This document shows positions 8,203 through 18,000 of a stretch of 43,944 nucleotides of DNA, piece by piece. The translations under genes were made by a program, and so were the position numbers. Below the pieces are notes generated by a model. That model had not been told where the DNA came from and did not search any database. It saw only the letters and a program-made list of their open reading frames with translations. Source of the DNA: a virus (Duplodnaviria; Caudoviricetes); IMG/VR virus record IMGVR_UViG_3300049926_000057, positions 1-43,944 of that record. One strand, written 5' to 3'. The first letter of the stretch is position 1. Each line of letters starts with the position of its first letter.

Positions 8203-9833
8203 TGGCGATCCGTAGGGCGCAGCCGATGTCTCTCTCCCCCGCGGGGGTGTCGGACACGCTCGACGGGACGAACGTGTTCCCCGGCGCGATGGCGGCGCTC
8301 ACCAACCTGATCCCCGACCTCGCCACACCCAACCTGTGGGCGCCGCGGCCGGCGTCGATCAGCTTGACGTCGTTCGGCGGGTTCACGATACCGGGGTTCA
8401 TCTCGGTCTTCGCGGTGCTCGGCAACTTCGTCTTTGGCATGGTCGCCAGCGGTCGCAACGCAGGACACGACGAGCCGTTCTGTTTCAACCTGCTCACCAA
8501 CACGTTCGTCACGGTTACCGGCATCACCAACGCCAACACCCCGCTCAGTCCGCTTGCAACTGGCGCATGGGAAGCGCCGACGATGGCGCTGGTCGGCACC
8601 AAGATGGTGGTAACGCACCCTGGTTTCACGCTGGGTGGTGGTGTGCTGTTCGGCTGGTTCGACGTCAGCAACCTTGCCGCGCCGACATGGAGCGGCGGCA
8701 ACACCACGACCAACGCCCTGCCCGCGCGCCCGAGCGCGGTGGCACAGTTCGGGGGCCGGGCCTACTACATCGTCAACCCGCCGACCGGACAGCCCGCCAC
8801 GTACTTCACGGATGTGCTGGCCGCGACGGTCATCACCAACGCCACGCAGATTTTGACTTATGGGGATAGTCTGCAGCTGACGGCGCTCGCCGGCCTGCCG
8901 CTTGCCAACCAACTCGGGGGCATCATCCAGTCGCTGATGGTGTTCAAGGCCGGCAACGTGTTCCAGGTCACCGGGGATTTCGCGCTCAACACGCTTGCGG
9001 TCAACGCGCTCAACGTCGCGACCGGCACTGTGTCGCAGCTGGGCATCACGACAACGCCAAAGGGACTGGCGTTCAACTCTCCCGACGGTATCCGGCTGAT
9101 CGACTTCAACGCGCGCATCTCCGATCCGATCGGGATGTACGGCGCTGGCGTCAACCGCCCCTTCGTGTTCGCGGTGCAGCCGACGCGCGTGGTGCTGACC
9201 TGCAACGCCAACCTGCTGCGCGTGACGACACAGAACTCTCTCAAGGTTGGGTCGCCGTTCGAGGAATATTGGTACGACATGACCAAGAACAACTGGTCAG
9301 GACCGCACACCTTCCCGCCGTCGAACGCGGACATCTACAACGGATCGTTTATCATCGCCGCGCAAGGCGTCAACGCGCAGCTGTTTCGGAGCGACGTGAC
9401 GATTCAACCGAGCAGCACGTTCATCGAGAACGGCCAGCAGATGTCGATCGCGTGGAAGACGGCGATCCTGCCCGACACCAAGGAGATGAATGAGATCGCG
9501 CTCAATGAGCACACCATCAACATGGTGCTCGACTCGCAAGGCTCGACTTACAACGTGCAGGCTCTCGGCGTGAACGGCGCACTGCTCGGCAGCATCAACC
9601 TGTTGCCTCCGGTCTTCCAGCCGTTGTGGGGCGCCTTCAACTGGGGCGCGGCGAACTGGGGATCGTCGAACACGGGGCTTGCCCCGATTCAATTGCCATG
9701 GGCGGCGCCGCTGGTGTTCCGAAAGGCGCAGATCCAGCTCACGGGGAACAGCTTCCTCACGTTCAGGATCGGCGACATGTTCATGCGCTACCAGAAACTC
9801 GGTTATCTCCAGCAGACACTCACGGGAGCCTGA
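8202..9833 (+). CDS. Tail nozzle / tail tubular protein B-like (P22 gp10 / T7 gp12 functional class)
   Basis: About 540 aa, beta-rich, directly after the adaptor. LWG.FNWG.ANWG motif near the C-terminus. Confidence 0.7.
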   Translation: MAIRRAQPMSLSPAGVSDTLDGTNVFPGAMAALTNLIPDLATPNLWAPRPASISLTSFGGFTIPGFISVFAVLGNFVFGMVASGRNAGHDEPFCFNLLTNTFVTVTGITNANTPLSPLATGAWEAPTMALVGTKMVVTHPGFTLGGGVLFGWFDVSNLAAPTWSGGNTTTNALPARPSAVAQFGGRAYYIVNPPTGQPATYFTDVLAATVITNATQILTYGDSLQLTALAGLPLANQLGGIIQSLMVFKAGNVFQVTGDFALNTLAVNALNVATGTVSQLGITTTPKGLAFNSPDGIRLIDFNARISDPIGMYGAGVNRPFVFAVQPTRVVLTCNANLLRVTTQNSLKVGSPFEEYWYDMTKNNWSGPHTFPPSNADIYNGSFIIAAQGVNAQLFRSDVTIQPSSTFIENGQQMSIAWKTAILPDTKEMNEIALNEHTINMVLDSQGSTYNVQALGVNGALLGSINLLPPVFQPLWGAFNWGAANWGSSNTGLAPIQLPWAAPLVFRKAQIQLTGNSFLTFRIGDMFMRYQKLGYLQQTLTGA

Positions 9834-9835
9834 CG

Positions 9836-11140
9836 ATGCGAAAGACCCTAGCCCTCGTACTGTCGCTGCTGTGGGCGGCGCCCGCCGCGGCGCAGACCAT
9901 TATCGGCGCGTTGCCCTTCACGCTGCAGAATGGCTCGATTGCCGACGCCAACCAGGTGATGGCGGACTTCAACACGATCGTGGCCGCGGTGAACGCGAAC
10001 GCCGCGAACGCAGGCGCCAATAGCAACATCACGGCGCTGAACAATCTGACGACACCCCTGGTCTACACCAGCGGCGGCACCAGCAACTATATCGGCGGCA
10101 CTTCCGGCGGCTCGGCCAACGCGCAGACGATTGCTTCTCCGATCCCTTCCGGCTTCACCTTGGTGACTGGCAAGAGCGTTACCTTTCTCGCAGGGTTTAC
10201 CAACACGGGGCCGACGACCCTGAACGTCGCAGGTACTGGCGCGACCAACGTATTCAAGCCGAGCGGTTCCGGTCCTGTTGCTCTAAGTGGCGGGGAATTT
10301 ACGGCCGGCAATCTGGTCACAGCCACCTTTGATGGGACACAGTACCAAGTTACCACGCCTTCTCCGCAGACGCTGATTGCTCCCTGTACGGTGATCGACT
10401 GGGCGGGGGTAACGGCACCTTCCGGCTACCTGCTGCTGAACGGGCAGACGGCGTCGCGGACGACGTTCGCGGCGCTGTTTAGCTGCATCTCCGTTCAGGG
10501 TGTGGCTGCGACGACGACCAGCGGTAGTGCGTCCGTGGCGGTGCCTAATTCGGCTTTGTTCCAGATCGGATGGTCGGTCGGGGGCAATAATGTCACCTGC
10601 AACTCGACCGTCGCTACGATCCCCGATGGCGCGCATATCACAATCAGCGCTACGGCCGGGGCTTCAGGCGCCACCACTCTGACAATCGGTCCCTACGGTC
10701 AAGGGGACTGTAGTACGACTTTTTCAGTCGGTGATTTCAGAGGTCGTGCAACGGCGATGCGCGACACCAACGGCGCGGTGTTGACAGCCGCGACCTGCGC
10801 CAATCCGGCATCGATCGGGACCAATTGTGGCGCGCAGACTCAGACGCTCACCCTCGCGCAATTGCCCACGGGCATTACATCGTCGGGCAGCAATTCGATC
10901 ACGGTTGCGGCGGCCGGTGGTACTGGCATTCCAGCCACTAATTCGGCTGCCAGCATATCTGACGGGCTGGCAAGCGGATCAGCCGGAACAATTCATATCC
11001 CTGCTACATCCAACACATGGCACGGAGTCGACAGCCTAGCCGGCACCAACACCATTAACGTGACGTCGAATAACACCAGCGGCGCGGTGCACCCGATCCT
11101 GCCGCCCGTAGGACTCGTGGACAAGTATATCAAGTTCTGA
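9836..11140 (+). CDS. Tail fibre with tail-collar domain and N-terminal signal peptide
   Basis: MRKTLALVLSLLWAAPAAA-QT. DANQVMADFN anchoring motif. Collar motifs WAG.TAPSGYLLLNGQ..SRTTFAALF and GD.STTF...DFRGR, then TLTLAQLP. Confidence 0.8.
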   Translation: MRKTLALVLSLLWAAPAAAQTIIGALPFTLQNGSIADANQVMADFNTIVAAVNANAANAGANSNITALNNLTTPLVYTSGGTSNYIGGTSGGSANAQTIASPIPSGFTLVTGKSVTFLAGFTNTGPTTLNVAGTGATNVFKPSGSGPVALSGGEFTAGNLVTATFDGTQYQVTTPSPQTLIAPCTVIDWAGVTAPSGYLLLNGQTASRTTFAALFSCISVQGVAATTTSGSASVAVPNSALFQIGWSVGGNNVTCNSTVATIPDGAHITISATAGASGATTLTIGPYGQGDCSTTFSVGDFRGRATAMRDTNGAVLTAATCANPASIGTNCGAQTQTLTLAQLPTGITSSGSNSITVAAAGGTGIPATNSAASISDGLASGSAGTIHIPATSNTWHGVDSLAGTNTINVTSNNTSGAVHPILPPVGLVDKYIKF

Positions 11141-11184
11141 TACTTCTCGGCGGGAACAACCGCCCAACCCGGAGACTACAGGCC

Positions 11185-11793
11185 ATGCTTCGCAAGCTCT
11201 CAGCCGCCCTGGTAGCGGTCTTGTTGTCGACCAGTGTCTTCTTCGCTCCCGGAGTTGTGCGCGCTGCCAACGTGCCGATCCTCTCGGGACCTGGTTTCGC
11301 CGACGCCAGCCAGATCCTCGGCTCGCTCAACGCGCTGATCCAGTCGATCAACGCCACCGTCGAAGGCGCGATCGGCTCCAGTCCGGTCCAGGCGACCACC
11401 ACGGGCACGTCGCTGCAGACGCTGGGCACGGTCTCCGTGGCCGGCGGTGTTCTGGCCAACGCTGGCCAGGAGCTCCGGGTCAAGTGCTTCGGCTCGGGCA
11501 CCGCGACCGGCACCAACACCTTGACCGTTCAGGTCGGGTCTTCCACGGCCTTCGCTGTAGCGGGCGCTGCGACCACGGCAGGCGCTTTCGACGTCGACGT
11601 GCTGGTCATGAAGACCGGCTCCAACACCCAGCAGATACTGTCCAAGGGGCAGTTCAACGCGACCCTGACGGCGCAGACGATCGTTGCGGGTGCCAACAGC
11701 GATGTGAACGGGTTCAACATCATCTGTCAGGGCACCTCGACCACCACCGGTAACTTCACGCTCAACGGCATGGTCGTGGAGCAGGTCAAGTAA
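11185..11793 (+). CDS. Signal-peptide-bearing beta-rich protein (virion/fibre-associated?)
   Basis: MLRKLSAALVAVLLSTSVFFAPGVVRA-A. Thr/Gly-rich with two Cys. GGAG RBS. Confidence 0.7.
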   Translation: MLRKLSAALVAVLLSTSVFFAPGVVRAANVPILSGPGFADASQILGSLNALIQSINATVEGAIGSSPVQATTTGTSLQTLGTVSVAGGVLANAGQELRVKCFGSGTATGTNTLTVQVGSSTAFAVAGAATTAGAFDVDVLVMKTGSNTQQILSKGQFNATLTAQTIVAGANSDVNGFNIICQGTSTTTGNFTLNGMVVEQVK

Positions 11794-11803
11794 AGGAGCA
11801 ACC

Positions 11804-11959
11804 ATGAAGGGCGGCATTTTGAAGGACGGGCTGAAGAACAACAGCCCGAAGGCTTGCGACGCAAGCACCAAGCTTCCCACCACGACGAAGGTCGACAGTG
11901 ACGCAACCCGCAGCAGTGTTGGAAAAGCCACCAACAACATCGGGCCAAGAGAGGCCTAG
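11804..11959 (+). CDS. Small hypothetical protein (51 aa)
   Basis: Strong AAGGAG RBS before MKGGILKDGLKNNSPK...GPREA; absent from the supplied ORF track. Confidence 0.6.
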   Translation: MKGGILKDGLKNNSPKACDASTKLPTTTKVDSDATRSSVGKATNNIGPREA

Positions 11960-12434
11960 CCCTTCGAAGCTTGAGATTCGCTGGGAACGGTTTGGCCTTT
12001 TTGCGAACGAGCTCCCGCCCCTCTTCCTGAGGCATTGGCGGGAGATCGCGCTCAACCAGGACAAGGTTCCGCTCGATCCGAACTGGGACCGTTACTACGA
12101 GTACGACCTGCTCAACATCCTGCAGACCCTCACGGTGCGGTCGAACGGGGTTCTCGTGGGGTACGTGTTCATGCTGGTGCACCCACACCTCCACTACGCC
12201 TCCACGGTGTGGGCGCAGACGGACATCTTCTGGCTCGATCCGGCCTACAGGTCTGGCTGGACAGGCTACCGGATGTTCAAGGAGGTCGAGGCAGGCATGC
12301 GTCGTCTCGGAGTGAAAGTGGTCATGATCAACACCAAGCTGCACTTCGAGTCCGATCGCGGCACCATCGGCAAGCTGTTCGAACGCCTCGGCTACAAGGC
12401 CACGGAGACGATCTTCTCCAAGTTCATAGGGTGA
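11898..12434 (+). CDS. GNAT-family acetyltransferase-like protein
   Basis: LVGY...DIFWLDPAYRSGWTGYRMFKEVE...GV...GKLFERLGY matches GNAT motifs A and B. Start codon uncertain. Confidence 0.8.
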   Translation: MTQPAAVLEKPPTTSGQERPSPSKLEIRWERFGLFANELPPLFLRHWREIALNQDKVPLDPNWDRYYEYDLLNILQTLTVRSNGVLVGYVFMLVHPHLHYASTVWAQTDIFWLDPAYRSGWTGYRMFKEVEAGMRRLGVKVVMINTKLHFESDRGTIGKLFERLGYKATETIFSKFIG

Positions 12435-12437
12435 CCC

Positions 12438-12956
12438 ATGGCTGCTGGACGCGGACTGCTCGGAGCAATGAAGCTATTCGGATTCGACAAGCATCAGAAT
12501 CGTGATCCATGGGCAGGTGCTCCCCATTGGGCTCTCGAACTGCACGCAATGCTGAGCACCATTATCGAAAACCAGGAGTTTGAAATGTCACAAGCTGACG
12601 ACCTCAACAACGTCGTTACCTCGCTAGCGACGGCGTTCTCTGCCGAGCACGATGCTGTTCAGATCGAGATCACCGCCCTGCTCAATGCTCTCGCGACTAT
12701 CCCGCAGCCTGACCCGGCTACTTCCAAGGCCATCACCGATGCGGTGTCGAACATCACGGCGATCACCGGCAAGATGGCGACCGATGCAGCTGCCCTGACC
12801 GCCTCGGTTCCGGCGGCCACGACGGTGCCGCCTCCGGTGGTTACGCCCCCGATCAGCCCTCCGACCGCGGTCATCCCGACGATTGCCACGCCGCCCGTTA
12901 CCGATCCGGCCGCCATGCCACCGAGCACGCCGCCGGCCTCGGCTACGACCACCTGA
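12438..12956 (+). CDS. Hypothetical protein with Pro/Thr-rich tail (possible internal start at 12585)
   Basis: Open frame filling the gap; AGGAG RBS before the internal MSQADD. Confidence 0.6.
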   Translation: MAAGRGLLGAMKLFGFDKHQNRDPWAGAPHWALELHAMLSTIIENQEFEMSQADDLNNVVTSLATAFSAEHDAVQIEITALLNALATIPQPDPATSKAITDAVSNITAITGKMATDAAALTASVPAATTVPPPVVTPPISPPTAVIPTIATPPVTDPAAMPPSTPPASATTT

Positions 12957-12984
12957 ACCAACCTGACCCCTGAAAGGGTGACCT

Positions 12985-13938
12985 ATGGGTGCTGCACTCG
13001 GATTGATCGGCCCCATGATGAGCATCGGCGGCGCGTTGTTCGGCGGTGGCAGCACTGCGAACAACGTGCCGCAGGCCCCTCCCGTCTATCAGCCGACCGG
13101 ACAGGCTCAGGCCGATCAGAGCATCCAGTCAGGTATTCAGCACCAGCAGGGCGCGGTGCCGCAGGCTGATCAGGCGGTGCAGTACCTCTACAACAACCCC
13201 GGCGCGCCGGGGGCGATGTCGGGCGCCAACACCGCGGGCGCCATGGGGCAGGCCGCGGGGATGGGGCAGTTCCTGCAGGGCCAGAACCTGACCAACACTG
13301 GCAACAGTGTGGTGCCCTACGCCTACAGCGCGCTGAACGCCGGTTTCGACCCGCAGGGGCAGGTCTACAACCAGCAGTTCCAGCAGAACACCGACCAGAC
13401 TCGCGCGCTCATGGAGGCCCGTGGCATCGACTCGACGCCGTATGGCGCAGGTGTCGAGTCGCAGTCCAACATGAACTTCAACAACGCGTGGCTGCAGAAC
13501 ACGCTGGCGCGGCAGGGTCAAGGCGCGGCAACCGCAAACTCGCTGTTCGGCACACAGACGAACGACGTCACGCAGGGTCAAAACCTCTCAGGCATGGCGC
13601 CCGGCACGTTCATGCAGGGCGCCTCGATGCCCTACAACACCGCCCAGACCATCGGGACCAACCAGATCAACGCGCTCGGGCAGGGGCAGGGCATCCAGCA
13701 GACCCCGCTGCAAAACTGGATGCAGTACATGCAGCTCGGGCAAGGCGCCGCGGGCGTCGGCACCCAGCAGCAGCAGACCAACCTCAACCAGAACCAGATG
13801 GGGTGGAACCAGAACCAGCAGCTCGGGTCGAATCTCGGTGCCGGTATGCAGGGCCTCGCCAAAGGCTGGGGCAATTTCTCAACGCCCGGATGGGCGCAGG
13901 GCCCCGGTCCGTCTTCAGCGTCGGGGATTGCAATTTAA
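12985..13938 (+). CDS. Internal virion / DNA ejection protein (Gln/Gly/Asn-rich)
   Basis: Gly-rich hydrophobic N-terminus and Q/N/G-rich body, typical of podovirus pilot proteins. First of three such genes. Confidence 0.65.
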   Translation: MGAALGLIGPMMSIGGALFGGGSTANNVPQAPPVYQPTGQAQADQSIQSGIQHQQGAVPQADQAVQYLYNNPGAPGAMSGANTAGAMGQAAGMGQFLQGQNLTNTGNSVVPYAYSALNAGFDPQGQVYNQQFQQNTDQTRALMEARGIDSTPYGAGVESQSNMNFNNAWLQNTLARQGQGAATANSLFGTQTNDVTQGQNLSGMAPGTFMQGASMPYNTAQTIGTNQINALGQGQGIQQTPLQNWMQYMQLGQGAAGVGTQQQQTNLNQNQMGWNQNQQLGSNLGAGMQGLAKGWGNFSTPGWAQGPGPSSASGIAI

Positions 13939-15078
13939 ATGGTAAGCCTTGCTGGCCTATCTGCTGTCTATCCGGGCGAGCTCGCGGCCGAGGGCCAGAG
14001 CCAGCAGAACGACATGCGCAAGATGCAGCTCGACCAGGCGCAGGCCGAGGTCGCGGGCAAGGCTGCGCTCGGCAAGGTGTTCCAGCAGATGGTGCCCGGC
14101 GCTCAGGCCGGCGGACCGCCTCCCCCGCCGCAGCAGATGGGGCCACAGCCGCCTCCGCAGGGCCAGCCCCCACAACCGATGCAGCCGCCGCAACCGCCTC
14201 CACAAGGCATGCCCGGCCCGGCAGCGGGCGGTGCGCGTGGACCGCAAGCCGGCATGCCCGTCGGCGCTCCCCCCGGCGGCGCGCAGCCGCAAGGTGGCCC
14301 GCCCGGTGGAGGTGGTGGACAGCAGGGCATGGAGGGCCGGTTCGACCTGAAAACCGCGGCTGCCGCGATCGCCAAGGCCAACCCCGGCATCCAGCCGCGC
14401 GTGCTGGTCGAGGCGCTGACGGCCGCCCTGCCCTACCTCAACGCCGAGGCCAAGCAGGCTGTGGCCGAGATGCGCCAGCAGATGCAGCAGGAGAATCTCG
14501 GCCTGCGGCAGCAGTCGATCGAGCAGCGTGAGAATCAGTTCAACACCCGCGAGGAGCGGCTGCGCGACGAGGACAAGCAGAAGCAGGCGCGCTTCGACAC
14601 CAAGGAAGCCCGCCTGGAGGCGAAGCAGACGATCCAGCAGGACCAGAACGTGCAGAAGCTGGCGCTGCAGCAGAAGGGGCTGGAGCACAAGATCGCGGCC
14701 GGCGACAAGACCGCGACGATGAAAATGTGGCGCGACATCGCAGATGCCAAGCGCAAGGCCTCGCTCGCGGCGGCGTCGATCTATTCTGTCAACAACGGGA
14801 TGGACGACAAGCAGAAAGCCAAGCTCGCCAAGGAGGTCAACGACTCGGCCGAGGAGGAGATCTCCAACATGCGCAACATGCAGGGCTCCTCGACGCCGAC
14901 CGGCGGCACGGCGCCAGCTGGCGGTGGCAAGACCGACGCGCGCGCGGGTGACCAGCCCAAGCCGATCCCGCCCGAGATCCGCGGCCAGTTCGACGCGTTG
15001 CTCAAGGACCACCCGGAGCTCCGGGACAAGGCCATCGCCAAGATGAAGGCTGACGGGTACACCGTGGACGGTCTGTGA
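13939..15078 (+). CDS. Internal virion protein (Pro/Gln-rich, coiled coil)
   Basis: Position and composition. Confidence 0.65.
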   Translation: MVSLAGLSAVYPGELAAEGQSQQNDMRKMQLDQAQAEVAGKAALGKVFQQMVPGAQAGGPPPPPQQMGPQPPPQGQPPQPMQPPQPPPQGMPGPAAGGARGPQAGMPVGAPPGGAQPQGGPPGGGGGQQGMEGRFDLKTAAAAIAKANPGIQPRVLVEALTAALPYLNAEAKQAVAEMRQQMQQENLGLRQQSIEQRENQFNTREERLRDEDKQKQARFDTKEARLEAKQTIQQDQNVQKLALQQKGLEHKIAAGDKTATMKMWRDIADAKRKASLAAASIYSVNNGMDDKQKAKLAKEVNDSAEEEISNMRNMQGSSTPTGGTAPAGGGKTDARAGDQPKPIPPEIRGQFDALLKDHPELRDKAIAKMKADGYTVDGL

Positions 15079-18000
15079 TGGCCGATCCGCTCAAGGTCTT
15101 CACGGGGCTGCTCGACGCGATTGGGGAAGGCGCGCAAGCCGTCAAGCCCACGGCACCGCTGAAGGTCGCGAAGGCTGCCACCAAAGGATACTTCAGCGAC
15201 ATCGCAGGCGCGGGCAAGACCGGCGCGGACTACTTCGCCGACATCGTCAAGACCAAGCAGCAGGTGCCGAAGCCCCCTAAATCCCCACAGCTGCAGAAGT
15301 ACGAGGCACACTACGCCGCCCAGCAAGTAGCCAAGGCCTCGCCGGAGAAGTCCCTTGAGGAGCAGCTCAATGAGTTGATGGCGGACATCAAAAAAGCCCC
15401 GCCCGCCCCCGCAGCGCCCAAGCCCACCTTCGCGCAGCAGGCCACCCAGACCGCGCAGAAGCAAGCGCTCGCGCCCGGCTTACCGCCGACGGTCAAGCCG
15501 CTGACCATGCACCCCGATGTGCTCCCGGAAGCGCAGCGCCAGGCGGCGCGCGTCAAGGGCAACTATGTCACCGAAGCGTTCCGCGGGCTGACAGTGCACC
15601 CTGGTGGCGACTTCGCCGGCACGTTCAAAGGCAGCGAGATGTACTCGTCGGTCTCGACCAAGCTGGCCGACATGTACTCCAGCTATCTCTCCAGCCATCC
15701 AGGGGCGAAGCCGGGCCCCCATGCCTACAAGGACGGCGCGTCGGTGGCGCCGATGTACATCGACACGTCGGACTACCTTCACACCGATGCCCAAGGCAAG
15801 AAGTGGACTGTGTTCAACCCCGGCGCTATCGCGGACGCAAAGGCTCAGGGCAAGAAGGGCGTGGTGATCGACAACGTCTGGGACGAGCCAAGCAGCACGA
15901 AGTCGCTGGAGGGACCGCAGAAAATCTTCGTCACCTTCCCCGAGGGGCTCAGCACGGTGAAGTCGAAGTTCGCCGCGCGGTTCGACCCGAAGTCGAAGGA
16001 CATCTCGCGCTCGATCGCAGCCGTGGGCGTCGGCGGCGCGGCTGGCATGGTGGCCATGGCCCCGGGCGATGCCAAGGCCGGCGACGATCCGGCAGCCGAT
16101 GCTGGCGCTCCCGACAAAGACGCCGGGGCATCCGGCGGGTATTTCGACGACCTCCTGAAGCCCGAGAAGAAAGGCTCGATCTTTTTCCGCGACAAGGACG
16201 CCCCTGATGCGGTAGCGCCGTCCACGCATAGTGGGCTCGGCCGGGTCAAGGACATCCCCGGTGACGTCGGTGGCGTGTTCCAGGAGAGCGTTGATCAGTA
16301 CAAGGGCGGCAAGGCGGCGACCGGCGAGGCGTTCTCCAAGGAGGAGCTGCAGAAATACAGCGCCTACGAGGACGCCTATCGCAAGTGGGAAGACGGCGGC
16401 ATGAAGGGCGACCCGCCGCAGAACCCCGGCACCGGGCCGCTCAAGGCGCTGAAGGGCATCTCCGACGTGGCCGGCGGCGCGATCGGCGCGGTCACCAGCC
16501 CGATCATGGGCGCGTTCCGGTCGCTGGTCTCCAAGCCCGTGGAGGAGAAGACCGGGTTCAAGCACGAGTGGACCGAGGCCGTGGGCTCTCTGGTGATGCC
16601 GGTCACGGGGGTGTTCAAGTACGGCAGCGCGGCGCCGAAGGCGAAGGCCGTCATCGGCGAGGTCGGGACGTTTCTCAACAAGATCTTCAACCCGGAGAAG
16701 CTCGGCAAGGGCGATCGCGCGGAGACCCTGATCCGCAACTCGCTGGGCATCGCCGCGCGCGACACCGAGACCACCAAGGCCGCGTTCGACGAGTACTTCA
16801 AGACCATCAACGCCCTCGGCGACAACGACAAGGTCGCGCTGATCGGCTACATCGAGGGGCGCACCAAGGGCGCCACGATCGCCGACCCCGCCCTGCAGCC
16901 TGTGGCCGACACCATCAAGACGGCGGTGGACCAGCGCAAGTCCAAGCTGCAGGCGCTGCCTTCGACCCATCAGATGGCGTTCGTGGAGGACTACTACACC
17001 CACCAGTGGGAGAACCCGACCGCGGCGAAGGCCTTCACCAAGGACTGGTTCGCCAAACAGGGCACGGGCAAGAACCTGAAGAAGCGCTCGATCCCCACCA
17101 TCGCCGACGGCATGGCCGCGGGGCTCAAGCCGAAGACGCTCAACCCGTTGGAGACGATCACCGACTACGTCACCAACATGGACCGCTTCATCGCGCACAA
17201 CGCCATCATCGACGCCGGTCGCGCGGTCAAGGACGTCAAGTATTTCCGCAAACCCCAGGTGGCCGCGGCGCTCGGCATGGTCAAGCTCGAAGGTCGGCTC
17301 GCGCTGCGGCGGACGAAGTACGGCGACATGCAGGCCTATGCGCCGGCGGATTGGGCACGGGTCTACAACAACTCGATCGCGAAAGGGTGGCATCAATGGG
17401 AGACGGCGGGCCAGATCTACGACAAGCTCCAGACGGCGTCCAATTCCGTCACCGCGATGGAACTTGGGCTTTCGGGTTATCACCTGTTGACGATGGTGAA
17501 CGAAGGCTCGATCGCGTCTGTCGCGACTGCCGTGTCGCAGGCCGTCAGTGGTGTTGGTGCGCTTGCCCGCGGTGACATGGCGCTCGGCGCCAAGCTGCTG
17601 GCGGGCTCGGCCAAGACCGCGGTCACAGCGCCGTTCGCGCTAGGCGTGAAGCCGTTCATGGGCCACAAGGCGCAGCAGGTCTACCTCGGCAGGTCGACCG
17701 GCAGCGCACAGATGCGCAAGACCATGGACCTGCTGGAGGCCGGCGGCGGGCGCGCAGTCGGCACCAAGCACGCGGCCGACTATAAATTCTCGGCGGCAAA
17801 CTCCTACTTCACGTCGTTCAAGCGCGGCGAGCTCTTGGCCTCGCTCAAGGCCGACGCCTCGAAGGGCCCGCTGAAGTTCTTCGCCCGCCAGCTCGGGCGC
17901 ACCCTGCAGTCGTTCGCCCAGCCGCTGTTCGAGGTCTACATCCCGAAGATGAAGACCGGCGCGTTCCACGAGAACATGTCCGCGTGGCTGCAGGCCAACC

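Noticed and set aside
9626-9835. Upstream starts given by the ORF track (9626, 18572, 38330, 29318, 35958, 36850)
   Set aside because: They extend into neighbouring genes or non-coding DNA. RBS position and stop/start coupling support later starts.
10130-11040. Overprinted genes in the atypical-codon part of the collar fibre (10500-10682, 10827-11039)
   Set aside because: The +1 products are Arg/Pro/Ser-rich and lack an SD. The codon shift is better explained by mosaic exchange of receptor-binding regions.
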